Sequence record: OR167180
Length of the DNA stretch: 64,000 nt
Origin: Escherichia phage MIZ4
Reading direction: 5' to 3' (one strand)
The translations under genes and the position numbers were made by a program. A model generated the notes under the pieces. It did no database searches, was not told the origin of the DNA, and was given only the letters and a program-made list of their open reading frames with translations. Shown here in pieces: positions 57,442-64,000 of the stretch; the stretch's first letter is position 1, and every line of letters begins with the position of its first letter.

Positions 57442-60400
57442 ATGGCAGATTTTTCTCAACATTTCAAGGCCACATTTGGCTTTGACGCTGGTAATGAAAA
57501 GGTCGTCAATGTAGCATACGCAGATAAAAACACATCAACGGATGCGGTCAACGTTGAATTTTTCAATTACCATAATGGTATTACTCAGTATGACACAACT
57601 CGCGGTTATGATCAATACGGCACTACAATCTATCAAAACCGTCCGTATTATGCAAAAGAAGATATCGCAAAACCAGCAGGTGACTTTGACCCGACTAAAT
57701 GGCAAGCACTGCGCACGGACCCACGTTGGGATTATGTTGCAGCAACTTCCGGCGATACTCCTTTAAAGTCCGGTGATTATATCGCAGCGGACTGTCAGTT
57801 TGCAAACTTGACATTCTCAATGCCTACTAATCCTGTAGAGGGCGACACTATAACAGTAAAAGATATCGGTGGCAAGTGCGGTGTTAATGAGTTATCGTTC
57901 CTTTCGGTTGGTCATGAGTTCTATCATAATGGTGTGGTAAACAACCGCAAATGGTACTGTACTACCCCTTATGCAATGAACTACTTCATTTTTGTTCGCA
58001 ATCGCTGGCACGTTTACCAGACGGGAACGGAGCCACGCGGGGTATATGCACAACCATCTATCGACCCGATCCAGATGCAAAACGGTGATCAGGTATTCCG
58101 CCGTAGTTCTTTGGGTAACATTGTTTTGATGCTTCCTAAGTTTGCTAATAACGGTGATATGATCCAGACTACCGATCTTGACGGATTGACTGCAACCAAC
58201 CATGTTACGGTAAAAGTGCATGAAGGTGCGCAAGAACAATCGATCGGTACTTTCGGGGTAAAAGAAATTGTTGGTAAGCGTAGCGGTCATGGTGTATTCA
58301 TATTTGACAAACCGGAAAACTTATGGCGTTTGTGGGATGGTGATCAGTCTGTTCGCTTGAATCCTATCATTAGTGATACTCAATTATCCCCTAATAGCTA
58401 TGTTGCAGTATTTGGTGATCGTGATGTTACCTTGACTTTACCGACCAATGTCGAGCCGGGTGATCGCATTCAAGTTTCTATGCAGTATATGCACGGAAAC
58501 CAGACTTGCCGAATCATTACCTCAGAAGAGGATACAAAAATCCTTATGCAGAAAAACATGGTTCAGTTTCCTAAGCGTAGCGAGTACCCATTCAATGGGA
58601 CCGATACATGGATGGGAGTGTCTGAATTGTCTTTCAACGCTGCAAATGATTATGTACCTTATCTGGAGTTCTCTTATTCAGAAGGTGATGATGGTAAGAA
58701 ATACTGGTTGGTGGCACATGCTTACCCGATTGTAGAACGAGTAGATCCGACTCGTAAAGATCGTGTTGGTGTAATTGCACTGGCTACCCAGGATGAAACA
58801 AACAAAAACCATGAAGATAATCCTAGCGACGAAGTTGCGGTGACTCCAAAGGTTCTGGCTAATAAAACAGCCAACGAAACTCGACGCGGTATTGCTCGCA
58901 TTGCAACTCAAGCGGAAACGCATCAAGATACTGGTTCCAACTTCCTGGATGATGTTATCGTTACGCCTAAAAAGTTAAATGACTGTGTTGCTACCGAAGC
59001 CCGTCGTGGTGTGATGGAAATTGCAACCCAGCGCGAAACCAATGAAGGTTTAGACGATACCCGCGCTATTACTCCTAAGAAATTAGAAGAACGTCGCGCT
59101 TCCGAAGACCTCGCTGGTATTGCTGAAATTGTTCAGGTCGGCGGTAGTGCTGCCGCTCGACGTGGCGAAGCTGGTACAGGGATCTATAACATCAATGACC
59201 ATGCTAAAATTGTTACGCCAAAAAACATCAACGAAGTCAAGGCGACCGAAACTTCCCGTGGTGTTGGCTATCTGGCAACTGACGCGGAAGTGCAAGGGGC
59301 TACAGAATCAACCCCGCAAGATGCTTTACTAATCACGACTCGCACGCTAACGAAACGTACTGCTACCGAATCGCGCACTGGTATCGCTGAAATTGCAACT
59401 CAGGAAGAAACAAACTTAGGTCAAAGTGATAACCATATCATCACGCCCAAAAAGCTGCATACTCGCCGCGCAACGGAAACTTTACACGGTTTAGCAGAAA
59501 TTGCAACTCAGCCGGAATTTGACTCAGGTCTTGACGATGCTCGCATTTCTACCCCATTGAAGATTAAAACCTTCTTTGAGAATGCACAGCGTTTGAAAGT
59601 AGATCCGACTCAGGGGCTTAACCTTACTGGTGATTTGTGGCAAGGTATCATGATCCGCGGTCTGGACGCAACCGAAGACACAAAAGGTGTCGCTAAAGTT
59701 GCTACTACTCAGCTTACTGACGCTGGTCAAGATGATACTACAATCATCACGCCTAAAAAGCTGCAAGGCAAAAAGGCAACCGAAGGTAAAGAAGGTATTA
59801 TCCGAGTTGGTACTCAAGCCGAAACCGTGGCTGGTGCACTGGCTAATGTAGCAATTTCTCCGAAGAACTTCAAATATGTTGTTCAGACAGAGGATACATG
59901 GAAAGCAACCGAAGCGCGTCGTGGATTCTTGAAAGTTGCTACTCAGGAAAACTGTTTTGTTGGTGATAATCTGCAAGGTTCTACTCAAGAACTAGGAAAC
60001 TACCAGCATGACGGAATTGCTGTTACCCCGAAAGGATTAAACTATGCACTTGCTAATTTCTTACCTAAGATGGCAACCGCTCAGAATAGTTTGAAATTGG
60101 GTAACGTAGAGGCCGCTAAATGGGCGCGTAGAGACATTGACCAGACCATAGAGAGCAATTACACGTTTAATAAAAACGTTAACGTGAAGGGCGATTTGGG
60201 GTGCTTAAAATCTGGTTCCTTTGAAACTCTGTTTGTGACTAAGAACTCTACTGATGTTCCGAGTAATGGTCATTTGGTGTTGGGTGAGCGTGGAGTTGAC
60301 GGTCACACCGGAATTACTCTACATGGCACAACCGCATCGGAAGGCATGAAAAACTCGTGGTCTATTATCGTTGGTGGTACTGGAACAGCGCAAGTTGTTG

Positions 60401-61182
60401 ATAGTGATGCTATCGCTTTCGGTCAAATCAATGATGGTGGAGTCGTCGAGCATTACGCCTTTGCTATGGAACACAATGGCGACGCGACAGCATATAGAGA
60501 CTTTATTGCAGGTCGTAACCTGTATGCGAAACAAGGCGGTTTATACATTGTTGACCAGTCTAATCCGGCAATGACTCGTTCCCCAGATGGTATGCTGAAT
60601 ATCGGTCACGGTGGAAGTGTTAACATCAAGGCAGGTAATCAAACGTTAACTACAGAGATCGCCGGACAGAAATATCAGATCGTACACGCAGGAAACGCTG
60701 ACGAAGTTCTTAACCGTCAGTTTGTTAAGAATGCTGGCGATACAATGGTCGGTAAGCTGACTATGGATAATGCGCCTATTGTTTCTGTTAAGCATGAAGC
60801 TAGCGCGGCAACCGCTCCGGCAATCGGTAACATCGGTTTCTGGAATATGCGAGTTACTACCCAGAACATCAAAGAAACTTATCCAGAGAAGAAAAACGGT
60901 ACTCTGATGCAATGGGGTACTGACGCGGACGGGCTTACCCAGCTTTGGTCCCCTGATGGTACTCATAAACATTATATCCGTTCCGGTACTGGTGGTCAAT
61001 GGACCGCATGGGGTGAAATTTACACCAAACAGAATAAGCCTACCGCTCAGGAAATCGGGGCAGTAGTTGCAGAAGGTGGTTTAATGAACTCTATGACGGT
61101 TCGTGATTGGATCAAAGTTGGTAATGTTAAAATCATCGCCAATAATCTGACTCGTACCGTAGACTTTATCTGGGAAGACTAA
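57442..61182 (+). CDS. 34: Long tail fibre proximal subunit gp34
   Basis: 1246 aa; matches T4 gp34 (KPAGDFDPTKWQALRTD, FPKRSEYP, ETRRGIARIAT repeats, C-terminal WIKVGNVKI). Confidence 0.93.
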   Translation: MADFSQHFKATFGFDAGNEKVVNVAYADKNTSTDAVNVEFFNYHNGITQYDTTRGYDQYGTTIYQNRPYYAKEDIAKPAGDFDPTKWQALRTDPRWDYVAATSGDTPLKSGDYIAADCQFANLTFSMPTNPVEGDTITVKDIGGKCGVNELSFLSVGHEFYHNGVVNNRKWYCTTPYAMNYFIFVRNRWHVYQTGTEPRGVYAQPSIDPIQMQNGDQVFRRSSLGNIVLMLPKFANNGDMIQTTDLDGLTATNHVTVKVHEGAQEQSIGTFGVKEIVGKRSGHGVFIFDKPENLWRLWDGDQSVRLNPIISDTQLSPNSYVAVFGDRDVTLTLPTNVEPGDRIQVSMQYMHGNQTCRIITSEEDTKILMQKNMVQFPKRSEYPFNGTDTWMGVSELSFNAANDYVPYLEFSYSEGDDGKKYWLVAHAYPIVERVDPTRKDRVGVIALATQDETNKNHEDNPSDEVAVTPKVLANKTANETRRGIARIATQAETHQDTGSNFLDDVIVTPKKLNDCVATEARRGVMEIATQRETNEGLDDTRAITPKKLEERRASEDLAGIAEIVQVGGSAAARRGEAGTGIYNINDHAKIVTPKNINEVKATETSRGVGYLATDAEVQGATESTPQDALLITTRTLTKRTATESRTGIAEIATQEETNLGQSDNHIITPKKLHTRRATETLHGLAEIATQPEFDSGLDDARISTPLKIKTFFENAQRLKVDPTQGLNLTGDLWQGIMIRGLDATEDTKGVAKVATTQLTDAGQDDTTIITPKKLQGKKATEGKEGIIRVGTQAETVAGALANVAISPKNFKYVVQTEDTWKATEARRGFLKVATQENCFVGDNLQGSTQELGNYQHDGIAVTPKGLNYALANFLPKMATAQNSLKLGNVEAAKWARRDIDQTIESNYTFNKNVNVKGDLGCLKSGSFETLFVTKNSTDVPSNGHLVLGERGVDGHTGITLHGTTASEGMKNSWSIIVGGTGTAQVVDSDAIAFGQINDGGVVEHYAFAMEHNGDATAYRDFIAGRNLYAKQGGLYIVDQSNPAMTRSPDGMLNIGHGGSVNIKAGNQTLTTEIAGQKYQIVHAGNADEVLNRQFVKNAGDTMVGKLTMDNAPIVSVKHEASAATAPAIGNIGFWNMRVTTQNIKETYPEKKNGTLMQWGTDADGLTQLWSPDGTHKHYIRSGTGGQWTAWGEIYTKQNKPTAQEIGAVVAEGGLMNSMTVRDWIKVGNVKIIANNLTRTVDFIWED

Positions 61183-61216
61183 TTAAAGGGGGGCGAAAGC
61201 CCCCTATGGGGTTATT

Positions 61217-62356
61217 ATGACACAAGAGATAGAATTACGCAACACTGGAATTAGGTTTGCGCATTTCGACGAAGACTCTGCGACATTTACCAGCATTTCA
61301 GAAAACAACTCTGTGATGTATAAGCTGGAAGTGCGCGGATCTAATGCGGATTCTTCCAAACCAGCAAGGATTAGATTTAATGGAGTGGAGATCGTCGGGA
61401 CTGGCTATGAGACTGGTCTAAACTTTAAAGTTTTTACTCCAACTGGACAATTGCACGAAGAAAAGGTATTCTATGGTCGTGGTGCTGTTTTGGCAATGCG
61501 TGATTATCTTTCTTTATTGAATGGTGATTATATCATTGCGATAGCAACGCATGGAGAATTGTTTGCAGACCCGGTAAGTGATGATATATTTTCTAAGCTG
61601 GGATCTGTATCATTCCCGAATCACATTTTGTTACAGCAAATGCCTCGTGTGTCCTATGCTGCAATTTATTCTACTAAAATGGGTAAAATTGTGTGCGAAG
61701 GGATGCAAGCAACGCACGGGGAAGGACAAGATTCGTCTATACAAATTGAGAAAGTTTATGATACTATAGACGATCTTGCAATAACAGGAACACCACAACG
61801 ATTTTTAGATTATCCGGTTGAATATGTTAGCGAAGATGCCGAACATTTCGAGCTAATACAATGGCCTCATGATGAGATCAGCGCACCACTTGAATATTTT
61901 AACATAAAGGCAGGTGACAAACTATCAATATCCTTTGAATTGTTCCGTGATAGTGCCGCAGCCGAAGCCAACGTAACAGCGCGTTTCTATCACAACTACT
62001 TCACTGATGGACAATATCAAACTGGCGTTCGTTATAATGCCAGCCAGAAAGATCAATGGGAAAAGTTTGAAGCCGTCTATACCGTACCGGAAGGAGTTGA
62101 TAGTGTTACCACTGGTTGTATCAGATATCCAACCAACTCCAATGAAGGTGTTGTTAAGGTTAGAAACATACTAATAACGCCGATCAGTGGAGTCGTCAAA
62201 ACTACTGGTCCTACTTCCTTTGGTGTTAACGGTGTTAGAACAACTCACATTCAGGATAACGGTGATTTTACTAACCCTGTAATGAGTCTTCTTAAATTAC
62301 CTAGAGACAATAAACATATCACATCCAACAACTTTAAAGAGTTCGATGTTGATTAA
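61217..62356 (+). CDS. 35: Long tail fibre hinge gp35
   Basis: 379 aa, position after 34 (T4 gp35 372 aa). Confidence 0.8.
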   Translation: MTQEIELRNTGIRFAHFDEDSATFTSISENNSVMYKLEVRGSNADSSKPARIRFNGVEIVGTGYETGLNFKVFTPTGQLHEEKVFYGRGAVLAMRDYLSLLNGDYIIAIATHGELFADPVSDDIFSKLGSVSFPNHILLQQMPRVSYAAIYSTKMGKIVCEGMQATHGEGQDSSIQIEKVYDTIDDLAITGTPQRFLDYPVEYVSEDAEHFELIQWPHDEISAPLEYFNIKAGDKLSISFELFRDSAAAEANVTARFYHNYFTDGQYQTGVRYNASQKDQWEKFEAVYTVPEGVDSVTTGCIRYPTNSNEGVVKVRNILITPISGVVKTTGPTSFGVNGVRTTHIQDNGDFTNPVMSLLKLPRDNKHITSNNFKEFDVD

Positions 62357-62377
62357 CATTTTTAACAAGCCGATCCT

Positions 62378-62410
62378 CGTGGTCGGCTTTATTTTTATAC
62401 AGTTGGTTAA
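62378..62410 (+). terminator. Rho-independent terminator after gene 35
   Basis: AGCCGATCC-TCGT-GGTCGGCT stem followed by TTATTTTTAT. Confidence 0.55.
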
Positions 62411-62517
62411 AACATAACCAAAACGAAGAAAGATCTTTAGAATAATAGAAAATTTGTTTCGGTTAAAAAGTAGTCAGTGCCTACGGCACGTCGCAAAGCG
62501 ATATTTTGTTAACATTC

Positions 62518-62525
62518 TATAAATA
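62518..62525 (+). promoter_or_regulatory. Late promoter motif TATAAATA upstream of the distal tail fibre gene
   Basis: Exact TATAAATA about 33 nt upstream of ATG 62559. Confidence 0.5.
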
Positions 62526-62558
62526 CTCGGAACTATAACTAATTTTTGAGGTTACTTT

Positions 62559-64000
62559 ATGGCAGATTTGAAACATGGATCTACTGTAGGCGGATCTCCC
62601 ATTTGGACGCAAGGAAACTTGACGATCCAGCCAGCGGGTGATCAGCTTTTCTACAAAGGTCATAAAATCTATACCGCTTTTGATAAACCTTCGGCTGCCG
62701 ATTTTGATGCTGTTAGTGCATCCGAAGGCGGGACATTTCAGAAACTGGTCCATTTTGAAGAAGGTTTAAGCGTAGGTAGCGCATCCGGTGGAGAAACCAA
62801 AAAGAACGGGATCTTTAAAGGAAATAGTGATGCGGCTAACTTTGATGGTGTAAGTTGGGGTTTGCATTCGTGGAAATCTATTGGTTTTGTTAATGCTCGT
62901 GATGATGTTATCATGGCTTATATTGACACTACCACAGGTGATTTTAAAACTAAAGGGACCATCGAAGGGACAACCATTAAAGACACTGGTCAACGCGTCT
63001 ATAGCCCTGTTAATAAGCCGACAAACAATGATTTGGATTTGGTTTCCAGACAAGGCGATACAATCACCGGAACTTATAATTTAAACACGGTTAATTTTAA
63101 ATTGTCGGTTGATTCTAAGCTGGTTGCGAGGGATCGGGATTTTATTACTTTCGATGCTGAAAACATTTATTATGGAAACGTTCTTGATACTTTAGTATTT
63201 CGTAGCAAGAACGAGCCTAAAATTTTTGTTAACGGTAGTGAAGGTAATTTTTATCATACCAACAACAAGCCTACTAAAGCCGACGTAGGATTGGGTAATG
63301 TCACCAATGACGCGCAAGTTAAGCGTGCTGGTGACATTATGGAAGGTAATTTGCAAGCGCCCAAAATGCTTGTGACAACCGATCCATCTGGACCTAATGA
63401 TCTGGTTAGATTGAGCTACTTTGAGAAAAAAGCAATGGTAGCTAGTCCAACTATCATTGGAAATGTTGATTGGAATACCCTTATTAATCGCGGTATGTTC
63501 AGTGTGGAGAATGCCGAAGCCGGACAAAATAAACCATCTGATAGCTATTATAACGGTGTTTTGATGGTATATCGACCGGAAGATGCGGTTGGTACTGTTC
63601 GAGTTGTTCAGGTCTATTACCCTGAATCAATTAATCATCCTGTTTGCTGGCGTTCTTGTTCCGGTAACTCGTGGACCGCATGGAACTATGTAGATCACCG
63701 TAAATTGGCTGATGCTCGCTATGTTAATGTGACTGGCGATACCATGACTGGGGCGTTGACGGTTCCTGCTGCGAACGGCGTTCATACCACAGAAGCTAAC
63801 TATAATGGTGATAATTGCTACGCTGGACTTAATAGCTTAAATGGTACAGCAATGATTCATCGTGTTAGTGATATTAAAGCGCACGAGAAACTAGGAATCA
63901 CACATGATTCTAAAATTATTTTCGTTAAATCCCGTGACAATACTCAAGATACAGACACTTTCGAAATATACCACGAAGGACATAAACCAACTCCTGATGA
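62559..64000 (+). CDS. 36: Long tail fibre distal subunit, gp36-like N-terminus continuing as a long gp37-like ORF (partial, runs off the window)
   Basis: N-terminus matches T4 gp36 (MADLKHGSTVGGSPIWTQGN); my manual translation finds no stop through nt 64000 (over 480 codons); not in the ORF track because it has no stop in the window. Confidence 0.7.
   Translation, partial: MADLKHGSTVGGSPIWTQGNLTIQPAGDQLFYKGHKIYTAFDKPSAADFDAVSASEGGTFQKLVHFEEGLSVGSASGGETKKNGIFKGNSDAANFDGVSWGLHSWKSIGFVNARDDVIMAYIDTTTGDFKTKGTIEGTTIKDTGQRVYSPVNKPTNNDLDLVSRQGDTITGTYNLNTVNFKLSVDSKLVARDRDFITFDAENIYYGNVLDTLVFRSKNEPKIFVNGSEGNFYHTNNKPTKADVGLGNVTNDAQVKRAGDIMEGNLQAPKMLVTTDPSGPNDLVRLSYFEKKAMVASPTIIGNVDWNTLINRGMFSVENAEAGQNKPSDSYYNGVLMVYRPEDAVGTVRVVQVYYPESINHPVCWRSCSGNSWTAWNYVDHRKLADARYVNVTGDTMTGALTVPAANGVHTTEANYNGDNCYAGLNSLNGTAMIHRVSDIKAHEKLGITHDSKIIFVKSRDNTQDTDTFEIYHEGHKPTPD

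Overview
The window is a contiguous block of a T4-like (T-even type) myovirus genome; almost every gene is colinear with phage T4. Plus-strand late module: gene 17 large terminase (interrupted in-frame by an intein), 18, 19, 20, 67, 68, 21, 22, 23, 24, most preceded by TATAAATA late-promoter motifs. Then hoc, inh, uvsW, uvsY and baseplate hub genes 25, 26, 51, 27, 28, 29, 48, 54. A long minus-strand early/middle region follows: a lipoprotein, two tandem ADP-ribosyltransferases (alt plus a short paralog), about 5.6 kb of roughly 19 small genes driven by repeated sigma70-type promoter cassettes carrying palindromic hairpins, an HNH endonuclease, DNA ligase, a NADAR-like protein, 31, cd, pseT, rnlA, denA, a second promoter-cassette cluster, nrdB, nrdA, td (enlarged, no intron), frd, a T5orf172-like protein, 32, an HNH-AP2 endonuclease, 59, 33, dsbA, a CYTH-like protein and rnh. 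The window ends with tail fibre genes 34, 35 and a partial 36/37-like ORF. The most unusual content is a six-member tandem family of small paralogous proteins sharing an H-x-H-W ... LAVDV motif, the promoter-hairpin cassette arrays, the terminase intein, and accessory enzymes (NADAR, CYTH, second ART, SLOG/DprA-like) at positions where T4, as I recall it, has none. All calls rest on reading the translations against remembered T4 proteins and motifs; no database search was run. Coordinates of self-derived small features may be off by 1-3 nt.
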